Source: Heptranchias perlo (lineage: Eukaryota). Taken from it: a stretch of 64,000 nt of DNA. Positions 50,288 through 61,959 of the stretch are shown one piece after another; position 1 is the stretch's first letter, and each line of letters begins with the position of its first letter. A program made the translations under genes and the position numbers. Location of the stretch: contig NC_090348.1 of NCBI RefSeq assembly GCF_035084215.1, positions 38,440,001-38,504,000 of the forward strand. Direction: 5' to 3'. The notes under the pieces were generated by a model, which did no database searches, was not told where the DNA came from, and saw nothing but the letters and a program-made list of their open reading frames with translations.

Positions 50288-53200
50288 GAGGCCTGGACTA
50301 ATAATCAAGAGTCATGAGTTCAAATCCTGCCACGGCAGCTGGGGAATTTAAATTCAATTAATTAAATAAAATCTGGAATTTAAAAAAAAATAGTATCAGT
50401 AATGGTGGCCATGAAACTACCGGATTGTCGTTAACACCCATCTGGTTCACTGATGCCCTTTAGGGAAGGAAACCTGCCGTCCTTACGGCCTATATGTGAT
50501 CCAGACCCACAGCAATGTGATTGATTCTTAATTGCCCTCTGAAATGGCCTAGCAAGCCACTCAGTTGTAAAATCTCACTAAAAAAAGTCATAATAAGAAT
50601 AAAACCGGACGGACCATCTGGCATCGGACCACTAGGCACCGGACTCGACAAAAGCAAACCAAGCCCAGTCGACCCTGCAAAGTCCTCCTCACTAACATCT
50701 GGGGACTTGTGCCAAAATTGGGAGAGCTGTCCCACAGACTAGTCAAGCAACAGCCTGACATAACCATACTCACAGAATCATACCTTTCAGTCAACGTCCC
50801 AGACTCTTCCATCATCACCCCTGGGTATTTCCTGTCCCGCCGGCAGGACAGACCCACCAGAGGTGGCGGTACAGTGATATACAGTCAGGAGGGAGTGGCC
50901 CTGGGAGTCCTCAACATTGACTCTGGACCCCATGAAATCTCATGGCATCAGGTCAAACATGGGCAAGGAAACCTCCTGCTGATTACCACCTACCGCCTTC
51001 CCTCAGCTGATGAATCAGTCCTCCTCCATGTTGAGCACCACTTGGAGGAAGCACTGAGGATAGCAAGCGCACAGAATGTACTCTGGGTGGGGGACTTCAA
51101 TGTCCATCACCAAGAGTGGCTCAGTAGCACCGCTACTGGCCGAGTCCTGAAGGAGATAGTGCCAGATTGGGCCCGCAGCAGGTGGTGAGCGAATCAACAC
51201 GAGGGACAAACATACTTGACCTCGTCCTCACCAATCTACCTGTCGCAGATGCATCTGTCCATGACAGTATTGGTAGGAGTGACCACCGCACAGTCTTGGT
51301 GGAGATGAAGTCCCATCTTTGCACTGAGGACACCATCCAACGTATTGTGTGGCACTACCACCGTGCTAAATGGGATAGATTCAGAACAGATCTAGCAGCT
51401 CAAAACTGGGCATCCATGAGGCGCTGTGGGCCATCAACAGCAGCAGAATTGTATTCCAGCACAATCTGTGACCTCATATTCCTCACTCTACCATTATCAA
51501 CAAGTCAGGGGATCAACCCTGGTTCAATGAGGAATGTAGAAGGGCATGCCAGGAGCAGCTCCAGGCGTACCTAAAAATGAGGTGCCAACCTGGTGAAGCT
51601 ACAACTCAGGACTACATGAATGCTAAACAGCGGAAGCAACATGCTATGGACAGAGCTAAGTGATTCCACAGCCAACGGATCAGATCAAAGCTCTGCAGTC
51701 CTGCCACATCCAGTCGTGAATGGTGGTGGACAGTTAAACAACTAACGGGAAGAGGAGGCTCTGCAAACATCCCCATTCTCAACGATGGTGGAGTCCAGCA
51801 TGTGAGTGCAAAAGACAAGGCTGAAGCATTTGCAACCATCTTCAACCAGAAGTTCCGAGTGGATGATCCATCTCGGCCTCCTCCTGATATCCCCACCACC
51901 AGAGAAGCCAGCCTTCAGCCAATTCAATTCACTCCACATGATATCAAGAAACGGCTGAGTGCACTGGATACAGCAAAGGCTATGGGCCCCGACAAAATCC
52001 CGGCTATAGTGATGAAGACTTGTGTTCCAGAACTAGCCGTGCCTCTAGCCAAACTGTTCCAGTACAGCTACAACACTGGCATCTACGCGACAATGTGGAA
52101 AATTGCCCAGGTATGTCCTGTCCACAAAAAGCAGGACAAATCCAATCCAGCCAATTACTGCCCCATCAGCCTACTCTCAATTATCAGCAAAGTGATGGAA
52201 GGTGTCGTTGACAGTGCTATCAAATGGCACTTACTCACCAATCACCAGCTCACCGATGCTCAGTTTGGATTCCGCCAAGACCACTCAGCTCCAAACCTCA
52301 TTACAGCCTTGGTCCAAACATGGACAAAAGAGCTGAATTCCAGAGGTGAGGTGAGAGTGACTGCCCTTGACATTAAGGCAGCATTTGACCGAGTGTGGCA
52401 CCAAGGATCTCTAGTAAAATTGAAGTCAATGGGAATCAGGGGGAAAACTCTCCAGTGGCTGGAGTCATACCTAGCACAAAGGAAGATGGTAGTGGTTGTT
52501 GGAGGCCAATCATCTCACCCCCAGAACATTGCTGCAGGAGTTCCTCAAGGCAGTGTCCATGGCCCAACCATCTTCAGCTGCTTCATCAGTGACCTTCCCT
52601 CCATCATAAGGTCAGAAATGGGGATGTTCGCTGATGATTGCACAGTGTTCAGTTCCATTCGCAACCCCTCAGATAATGAATCAGCCCGTGCCCGCATGCA
52701 GCAAAATCTGGACACCATCCAGGCTTCAGCTGATAAGTGGCAAGTAACATTCGCGCCAGACAAGTGCCAGGCAATGACCATCTTCAACAAAAAAGAGTCT
52801 AACCACCTCCCTTGACATTCAACAGCATTACCATCGCTGAATCCCCCACCATCAACATCCTGGCGGTCACCATTGACCAGAAACTTAATTGGACCAGCCG
52901 CATAAATACTGTGGCTACAAGAGCAGGTCAGAGGCTGGGTATTCTGCGGTGAGTGACTCACCTCCTGACTCCCCAAACCTTTCCACCATCTACAAGGCAC
53001 AAGTCAGGAGTGTGATGGAATACTCTCCACTTGCCTGGATGAGTGCAGCTCCAACAACACTCAAGAAGCTCGACACCATCCAGGACAAAGCAGCCCGCTT
53101 GATTGGCACCTCATCCACCAACCTAAACATTCTCTTCACCACCAGCGCACTTTGGCTGCAGTGTGTACCATCCACAGGATGCACTGCAGCAACTCGCCAA

Positions 53201-53527
53201 GGCTTCTTCGACAGCACCTCCCAACCCCGCGACCTCTACCACCTAGAAGGACAAGGGCAGCAGGTACATGGGAACAACACCACCTGCACGTTCCCCTCCA
53301 AGTCACACACCATCCCGACTTGGAAATATATCGTCGTTCCTTCATCGTCGCTGGGTCAAAATCCTGGAACTCCCTTCCTAACAGCACTGTGGGAGAACCT
53401 TCGCCACACGGACTGCAGCAATTCAAGAAGGCGGCTCACCACCATTTTCTCAAGGGCAATTGGGGATGGGCAATAAATGCCGGCCTCGCCAGTGACGCCC
53501 ACATCCCATGAACGAATTTTTAAAAAA
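50288..53527 (+). mobile_element. Near-full-length family-B LINE (APE endonuclease plus RT, frameshifted; no ORF1 seen)
   Basis: APE motifs NIWGL, QPDITILTE, RQDRPTRGGG, GDFN, LDLVLTN and SDH (50682-51300). RT motifs in ORF 51802..52815, including FADD. 3' stem-loop and A-rich tail at 53478-53527. Confidence 0.95.
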
Positions 53528-55950
53528 TAGTTACAGCTCAGAAGGAGGCCATTCGGCCCGTCGAGCCCTTGCCGGCTCCCTACAATAGCAATCCAGCTAG
53601 TTCCACTCCCCTGCCCTTTCACCTGTAGCCCTGCAAGTTTTTTTCCTTCAAGTACTTACCCAATTCCCTTTTGAAAGCCACAACTGAATCCACCTCAACC
53701 ACTCTTTCAGGCAGTGCATTTCATATCCTAACCACTCGCTGTGTAAAAATGTTTTTCTTCATGTCGCCTTTGGTTCTTATGCCAATTACCTTAAATCTGT
53801 GTCCTCTGGTTCTTGACCTTCTGCCAATGGGAACAGTTTCTATTTATAAAGCCCAGGATCCCGTATGCTTTTTTAATCGCTTTCTCAACCTGCCCTGCCA
53901 CCTTTAGCGATTTGTGCACATATACCCCCAGGTCTCTCTGTTCCTGCACCCCTTTTAGAAATGTACCCTTTAGTTTATATTGCCTCTCTTCGTTCTTCCT
54001 GCCAAAATGTATCACTTCTCACTTCCCTGCTTTAAATTTCATCTGCCATGTGTCCGCCCATTCCACCAGCCTGTCTATGTCCTCTTGAAGTCTATCACTA
54101 TCCTCCTCACTGTTCACTACACTTCCAAGTTTTATGTCATCTGCAAATTTTGAAATTGTGCCCTGTACACCCAATTGCAAGTCATTAATATATATCAAGA
54201 AAAGCAGTGGTCCTAGTACCGACCCCTGGGGAACACCACTGTATACCTCCCTCCAGTCCGAAAAACAACCGTTCACCACTATTCTCTGTTTCCTGTCACT
54301 TAGCCAATTTCGTATCCATGCAGCCATTGCCCCTTTTATTCCATGGGCTTCAACTTTGCTGACAAGCCTATTATGTGGCACTTTATCAAACACCTTTTGG
54401 AAGTCCATATACACTACATCAACCGCATTGTCCTCATCAACCTTCTCTGATACCTCATCAAAAAACTCAATCAAATTAGTTAAACACAATTTGCCTTTAA
54501 CAAATCCATGCTGGCTTGCCTTAATTAATCCACACTTGTCCAAGTGACTGTTAACTTTGTCCTGGATTATTGTTTCTAAATGTTTCCCCACCACCAACGT
54601 TAAACTGACTGGCTTATAGTTGCTGGGTTTATCCTTACACCCTTTTTTGAACAGGGTGTAACATTTGAAATTCTCCATTCCTCTGGCACCATACCCGTAT
54701 CTAAGAATGTTTGGAAGATTATGGCCAGTACCCCTGCAATTTCCATCTTTACTTCCCTCAGCAACCGGGGATGCATCCCATCCGGACCTGGTGACTTATC
54801 TACTTTAAGTACAGTCAGCCTTTCTAAAACCTCCTCCTTATCAATTTTTAGCCCATCCAGTATCTCAACTGCCTCCTCTTTTACTATGACTTTGGCAGCA
54901 TCTTCTTCCTTGGTAAAGACAGGTGCAAAGTATTCATGTAGCACCTTGGCCATGCCCTCTGCCTCCATAAGTAGGTCTCCTTTTTGGTCCCTACTTGGCA
55001 CCACCCCTCCTCTTATTACCTGTTTATCATTTATTTGCCTATCGAAAACTTTTGGGTTCCCTTTCATGTTAGTTGCCAGTCTATTCTCATACTCTCTCTT
55101 CGTCCCTCTGATTTCCCTTTTCACTTCCCCTCTGAACTTTCTATATTCAGCCTGGTTCTCACTAGTGTTATCAACCTGACACCTGTCATACACCCCCTTT
55201 TTCTGCTCCATCTTACTCTCTATCTCTTTCATCAACCAGGGAGCTCTGGCTCTGGTTGCCGTACCTTTACCCCTTGTGGGAATGTACCTAGACTATACCC
55301 GAACCATCTCCTCTTTAAAGGCCGCCCATTGTTGGATTACAGATTTACCTGCCAATCTTTGATTCCAATTTACCCAGGCAAGATCCATTCTTAGCCCACT
55401 GAATTTGGCCCTCCTTCAATTAAGTATTTTTACTCTAGATTGCTCCTTGTCCTTTCCCATAGCTAATCTAAACCTTATGATACTATGATCACTGTTCCCT
55501 AAATGTTCCCCCACTGACACTTGCTCCACTTGACCCACCTCATTCCCCAGAACCAGATCCAGCAATGCCTCCTTCCTCATTTGGCCGGAAACGTACTAAT
55601 GAAGAAAGTTCTCCTGAACACACTTCAGAAATTCTTCACCTGCTCTGCTATTTACACTATTATTATCCAAGACTACATTAGGATAATTGAAGTTCCCCAT
55701 TGTCACTACTCTATGGCTCTTGCACCTCTCTGTAATTTCCTTCCCACTAGTTGGCAGCCTATGGATTACACCCAGTAGTGTAATGGCACCTCTATTGTTT
55801 CTGAACTCTAACCAAATAGATTCTGTCCTTGATCCCTCCAGGACACCCTCTCTCTCCAGCACTGCAATATTCTCCTTTATCATTACTGCCACCCCCCTCC
55901 TTTCTTTCCTTCGCTAACTTTCCTGAATACCTTGTATCCAGGAATATTTA
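53528..55950 (-). mobile_element. CR1 LINE (APE through RT, frameshifted, internal deletion near 53840); its extreme tail is displaced to ~50254-50278
   Basis: ORFs 55596..55892 (ESIWLE, APE region), 54600..55235 (KSPGPDGMHPRLL) and 54019..54678 ([22 protein letters not shown]). Confidence 0.95.
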
Positions 55951-56064
55951 TATATTTTATATTTTAAAACTTCTTTCTCCTGGTAACAACAATTAAACAA
56001 CTTTAATAAATGGCCTAATTGCAAATGGGGGATTTGAACCTTGTCTTATTAGCAATGTTGACAA

Positions 56065-56177
56065 TTTCCTACATTACAACAGTGACTACACTTCAAAAGT
56101 ACTTCATTGGCTGTAAATGCTTTGGGACATCCTGAGGTTGTGAAAGGTTCCATATAAATGCAAGTTTTTCTTTCTTT
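56065..56177 (+). mobile_element. Deu-SINE 3' fragment
   Basis: TTTCCTACATTACAACAGTGACTACACTTCAAAAGTACTTCATTGGCTGTAAA...ATATAAATGCAAG. Confidence 0.8.
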
Positions 56178-56732
56178 CAATGGTATCATTCAAGTCGGGA
56201 TTGGAGGTAACAAGTTTAGAATTGTGCACACTCCTTTCAAATGTGGCCCTCTGTATGTACAACAATGTATGGTACATTTATGGGGTCTGGGGGCATAGTT
56301 CCTGGAAAATATAAAATTCCTTACGTTAAAAATAGTAATCTGGTTAATTTTAATAGATTTTTATACTTCACAATTCATAGATTTGTAATCAAAAAAGCAA
56401 AAGCAAAATGACACTTGGGTTTGCAGCAGGGCACCCAAAAGTTAACCCAATAGTCACTCTCCCACATCCAACCCCTCCTCCCCATTAACAGATATACTCT
56501 GGACCCAGATCACAGAGACATTGCACCCCTTCAACCTCCCTGCCTTGTTCACAGAGATACCAGGGCCAGTTTTCATCTGCAGGTTTAAGTCCTGTCTAAA
56601 TGGTTAAAAACTGGTGCAAATTCTGCCTGAAAAGGTCAAATACTAAAAGCACTCAATTCTCCAGTGTAAGATCATTCACAGCATCAGGGGCAGACTCAAA
56701 CAGGCGGGGTCTGTGGGCAGATGGCAGATCAG

Positions 56733-57233
56733 ATGTGGCACCTTATCAAGTGCCTTTACCCATCGTAGTCATTACCCATGCTCCTTAGAACAAGTGAGAC
56801 TGCTCTGAGGCATATAGAGCACTTTCACTAATACTGAGGAGCAGTTGTAAGGAAAGCCTCCATTTAGACATCTGCACTATATCAGGTAATATGCTGTCCA
56901 TGCATGGATCAAACAGGTGACAGGTGCATTGGTTAGCATGGCCAGCACTTTCATCTGCTTCCCCATGGACTAACATGATGCAATTGTCCAGTGCCACGAC
57001 ACTGCTGCATTTCCCAAAGTAAGAAAGAAAGAAAGAACTTGCATTTTACATAGCACCTTTCACATCCTCAGAATGTCCCAAAGTGCTTAACAGCCAATGA
57101 AGTACCTTTGGAGTGTTGTCACTGTTATAATGTAGGACATGGAGAAGGGGGGTGGGGGTGCACCGATGACTGCCATGTGTGCAAACTGAAACCTAATTGG
57201 GTATGAGAGCATTTGTGTTTCAATGCTTTGATG
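56733..57233 (-). repeat. Left arm of a ~500-bp inverted repeat
   Basis: Reverse complement of 57635-58134 with roughly 15-20 differences counted by eye. The mirrored ORFs 56785..56997(-) and 57868..58062(+) are almost identical. Confidence 0.97.
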
Positions 57234-57634
57234 GCTGGCATTGCTGCATTAGATGGGTGCAAGGTGGGTTGCCCCATTTGGAATTTCAAGGCACCCTCCC
57301 CAAAGGCCAGCAGGGCACCACGCCTAGCAAGAGAAGGCAGCCAGGCTGATCACCCTCTACAGTACTTGTAGGATAGGGGACATAGGTGCAAGAGAAGATA
57401 TGAAACGTTATGGAACCTGGCAAGGTAGGACTACCTAATAGTACCACGTACCAGGTGGATGCCACAAAGTGTTGCCTGGCAACCTGTCTCACTACTTGCT
57501 CAGACCAAGCCCTCACACGGCTTTGCAGCTCTGTCATTGCATCTCATTCACACCTATACCTCAACAGCGAACAATGTCAAGATCCAATGTACCATTGGAA
57601 GCCATCTCATGTCACGTCTTCCATGGGCTTCACA

Positions 57635-58134
57635 CATCAAAGCATTGAAACACAAATGCTCTCATACCCAATTAGGTTTCAGTTTGCGCACATGGCAGTC
57701 ATCGGTGGCCCCCGCCCCTTCTCCATGTCCTACATTACAACAGTGACAACACTCCAAAAGTACTTCATTGGCTGTAAAGCACTTTGGAACATTCTGAGGA
57801 TGTGAAAGGTGCTATGTAAAATGCAAGTTCTTTCTTTCTTTCTTACTTTGGGAAATGTAGCAGTGTCATGTCACTGGACAATTGCATCATGTTAGTCCAT
57901 GGGGAAGCAGATGAAAGTGCTGGCCATGCTAACCAATGCACCTGTCACCTGTTTGATCCATGCATGGACAGCATATTACCTGATATAGTGCAGATGTCTA
58001 AATGGAGGCTTTCCTTACAACTGCTCCTCAGTATTAGTGAAAGTGCTCTATATGCCTCATAGAGCAGTTTCACTAGTTCTAAGGAGCATGGGTAATGACT
58101 ACAATGGGTAAAGGCATTTGATAAGGTGCCGCAT
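57635..58134 (+). repeat. Right arm of the ~500-bp inverted repeat (contains a SINE tail at ~57725-57845)
   Basis: CATCAAAGCATTGAAACAC... to ...AAGGCATTTGATAAGGTGCCGCAT, separated from the left arm by a 401-bp spacer. Confidence 0.97.
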
Positions 58135-59280
58135 AAAAGGTTGTTACACAAGGTAAGGGCTCATGGGATTGGGGGTAATATATTAGCATGGATAGAGGAT
58201 TGGTTAAAGGACATAAAACAGAGAGTAGGGATAAACAGGTCATTCTCAGGTTGGCAGGCTGTAACTAGTGGGGTGCCGCAAGGATCGGTGCTGGGGCCTC
58301 AGCTATTTATAATCTATATTAATGACTTAGATGAAGGGACCGAGTGTAATGTATCCAAGTTTGCTGTTGATACAAAGCTAGCTGGGAAAGGAAGCTGTGA
58401 GGAGGACACAAAGGGGCTGCAATGGGATATAGATAGATAAAATGAGTGGGCAAGAAGGTGGCAGTTGGAGTATAATGTGGGGAAATGTGAGGTTATTCAC
58501 TTTGGTAGGAAGAATAGAAAAACAGAATAATCTTTAAATGGTGAGTACCTATTATTTATTGGTGTTCAGAGAGACTTGGGTGTCCTTGTACAAGAAGCAC
58601 AAAAAGTTAGTATGCAGGTACAGCAAGCAATTAGGAAGTCAAATGGCATGTTGGCCTTTATTGCAAGGGGGTTGGAGTACAAGAGTAAGGAAGTCTTACT
58701 ACAGTTGTACAGGGCATTGGTGAGACCTCACCTGGAGTATTGCGTACAGTTTTGGTCTCTTTATCTAAGGAAGGATATACTTGCCTTAGAGGCGGTGCAA
58801 CAAAGGTTCACTAGATTAATTCCTGGGATGAGAGGGTTGTCCAATGAAGAGAGGTTGAGTAGAATGGGCCTAAACTCTCTGGAGTTTAGAAGAATGAGAG
58901 GTGATCTCATTGAAACATATAAGATTATGAGGGGGCTTCACAGGGTAGATGCTGAGAGGCTGTTTCCCCTCGTTAGAGAGTCTAGAACTAGGGGGCATAG
59001 TTGCAGGATAAGGGGTCGGCCATTCAAAACCGAAACGAGGAGGAATTTCTTCACGCAGAGGGTTGTGAATCTTTGGAATTCTCTGCCCCAGAGGGCTGTG
59101 GATGCGGAGTCATTGAATATATTCAAGGCCGAGATAGATAGATTTTTGGATTCTAGGGAATCAAGAGATATGGGGATCGGGCAGGAAAGTGGAGTTGAGG
59201 TTGAAGATCAGCCATGGTCTGATTGAATGGTGGAGTATGCTCAATGGCCTACTCCTGTTCCTATTTCTTATGTTCTTATT
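58111..59280 (+). mobile_element. 5'-truncated CR1 LINE
   Basis: [12 protein letters not shown] and [13 protein letters not shown] (58126..58440), LVRPHLEYCVQFWS (58576..59226) and tail TTCTTATGTTCTTAT. Confidence 0.95.
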
Positions 59281-61087
59281 AAGTGCCGAAAGAAGGAAAC
59301 AATGAAGAAATAAAAACATAAAAGAGATAAAGCTGACAGGAATGAAGATAAATATATGCATGCATGGTAAAATGACCACACAGAACTGCATGAACTCTTG
59401 CCTGGATACCCTTGACCCTAACAAGTAATGTAGTGTATCTGTACCAATAACGTTGAGGTCAGAAGAACACAAAGGTCAGTATGAGTTAACGGATAAATAA
59501 GCAGTTAGTGGGAGAATGAAGGGATGTGTGGGATGACACTAGTCTGTTCTGAGTAGCAAGAGCTGCACTCTCCTAGTTTATCTGCACAGTGCTGTTTGTT
59601 TCCACATTTAACATTGAGGGATTCATTAGCTAGCCCAGGTAAGTCAAAATGGAAAACAAAAAAAATTAAAGTTATTGAAGAAATTAGGAGCGTAAGGTAT
59701 CTTTATTTATTAGGTTGTCATATAAGCCATTTTATAAGATTCTCTTTGGGAGCCACACAAAACAAGAAGTACAGGCCTTATGACTGACATTGATTTTATC
59801 AGTTCCATGTTAGTGAGAAAGCCATCAGTAAAATTATACATATCAAATTAGGGCACTTTGAAGAGCTTTATGAAAAAAGAAACTCTGCAGTGGATTCTAT
59901 CACTTAAATAGCTACGGGTGCATTTATAGCGCATTTACTTTCTGCTTCACGACAATACTAAAATGGCAGTATAACAGTGAACTAGCAATAGTACCACCCC
60001 TGAGATCATCAACTGAAACTGGGGTTTCATGCCAGAAGTGGAGTTTTCTTGGTCCAATTTAACTGCAGCTTTCTGGAGTTCAGGAGTCTAACAGAGTGTT
60101 GCCGCAACACTCAGCTCCCTGATGTGACAACCTCATGATGTGATGATTCTGTCAGAGCTGTGAGCGACCTTTCAGAACCGGGATACATTGGGAACTTCGG
60201 GGTCGGAGTGGGAACTTTGTAATTGGGGACTAATCGCCACTATAAATAGCTCAACATTAAAGATGCAAACAATAAAGCAAATTGCTCTCATTTCCCTTTG
60301 TGCAGTATAACTGCTCCCTAAATCAGTAAACATGTTAAGGTGAAAGAATGAGCAAAGGGTTAAAATTTTCCATAGTGCACTGAGTTATTGCTGTTACTGG
60401 AGTCACAAGACCAGAATGTTATTCCCCAGGAAACAAGTACAGTCATTGTCCCTGCCAAAGGATTCAGACTACTTCAGTTGAATTAAATGGATTCTGAAGG
60501 TTATTCAACTTTGGGGGCCTTTCAAGAAGATATGATCCAATTAGTAGTTCTGAATGTAGTTATTGTGTTTATCTTTTCCCCTGTAGGTCTGAATTAAAGA
60601 CAACAAAAGCTGCTGTGGACATTGGTGCTCTGGGGTTAATAACCAGTGTGGCTCCATCAGAATCCACTCATGACCTTAAGCCCTCCCCTCCCACCCCCAT
60701 GACTTTCACTAATAGAGCAGTCATAAGGGGCACCACGATGCAGTTATCAAAGGAAACAGAGTAGAGCAAACTTCACCAGGGTGAGGGGGATTCAGATAAT
60801 GGGTTTGAACTGACAAACACTGTATTCTTCAGAGGGAACAGTACATCATCTGCTTCCCTATTCTCTCTCAGCTCTCCACACTGAGAATAACAATGAGCAT
60901 TAAAGCAGTTGAGGCTAGAGTGCGGAACAATCAAATAAGGCAAAACTCTGAGCAGGGTCTCCTTAGGATCAAGAAAGCCTGGGGGGGTCAATTTTGGCTT
61001 CTATTTCCGAGTGTTAATGGCGTGGTAATGGCCTCAAAATTAGGTTATTAGCCTTATTAAGGGTGGGAACCTCAAAATGAGGGTGCC

Positions 61088-61508
61088 AGCTGTGGCTCAG
61101 TGGGTAGCACTCTGAGTTAGTAAGGCTGTGGGTTCAAGTCCCAGGGACTTAAGCACAAAATCTAGGCTGATTCTCCAGTGCTGCACTGTTGGAGGTGCTG
61201 TCCTTTGGATAGAGGCTCTGTCTGCCCTCTTAGATGGATGTAAAAAAATCCCATGGCAGTATTTGAAAAACAGCTGATTTCTTCCCTGTGTCCTGGCCAA
61301 TATTTATCCTTCTACGAGCATCACTAAAGCAGATTATCTGGTCATTATCACATTGCTGGTTGTGGGACCTTGCTGTGCACAAATTGGCTGCTGTGTTTCC
61401 TACATTATAACAGTGACTACACTTCAAAAGTATTCATTGGTTGTAAAGCGCTTTGGAACATCATGTGGTCATAAAAGACACTCTATAAATGCAAATCTTT
61501 CTTTCTTT
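61088..61508 (+). mobile_element. Near-full-length tRNA-headed Deu-SINE
   Basis: A-box TGGCTCAGTGGG at 61093-61104, B-box GGTTCAAGTCC at 61131-61141, Deu core and tail CTATAAATGCAAATCTTTCTTTCTTT. Confidence 0.88.
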
Positions 61509-61959
61509 AACGTTCTGTTGACACTAACAAAGAGCAAATTTAAAAGTTTTACTTTTAGTGTAAGAAAGGGAAATGGGATTGAACCTAACAGTTTTGAACA
61601 TCACTGAAACTCAAGGAAACAAGTATAAAGAATATAGTCCTAACAGCAGTACGCAAAGAAAATCTAAGTCAATTGCACAGTCTGTTGCCGTCACAAACCA
61701 GGTCCAGAGATATGTGAGCATCAGTGATGTCAGCACTGTACGTACAGCATGCAACATGCCTGCTGACATCACAGATCCAATCAGACCTGACTTCTGTAAG
61801 AAAAACATGGAATATTTCAGGCTCTTTCCCTCAAATTTGGGAGGAATTTGCTTTCGACTGATTCACCACCTGGAAAAGAAATCCAGGAATTTAAACTGCT
61901 TTTGCTGATCCCTACTGTAAATGATCTGTTTCTCTTATACCTATGTACAACTGAAGCCC

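Noticed and set aside
56785-58062. Two near-identical small ORFs as a duplicated gene pair
   Set aside because: They are a by-product of the inverted duplication, and the peptide has no recognisable features.
60588-60765. Strong + strand acceptor (TTTTCCCCTGTAG) followed by a ~58-codon open frame
   Set aside because: Its phase does not match the candidate exon ending at 26172 and the peptide is unrecognisable, so support is insufficient without RNA data.
61088-61145. tRNA gene
   Set aside because: A and B boxes are present but there is no full cloverleaf. It is the head of a SINE.
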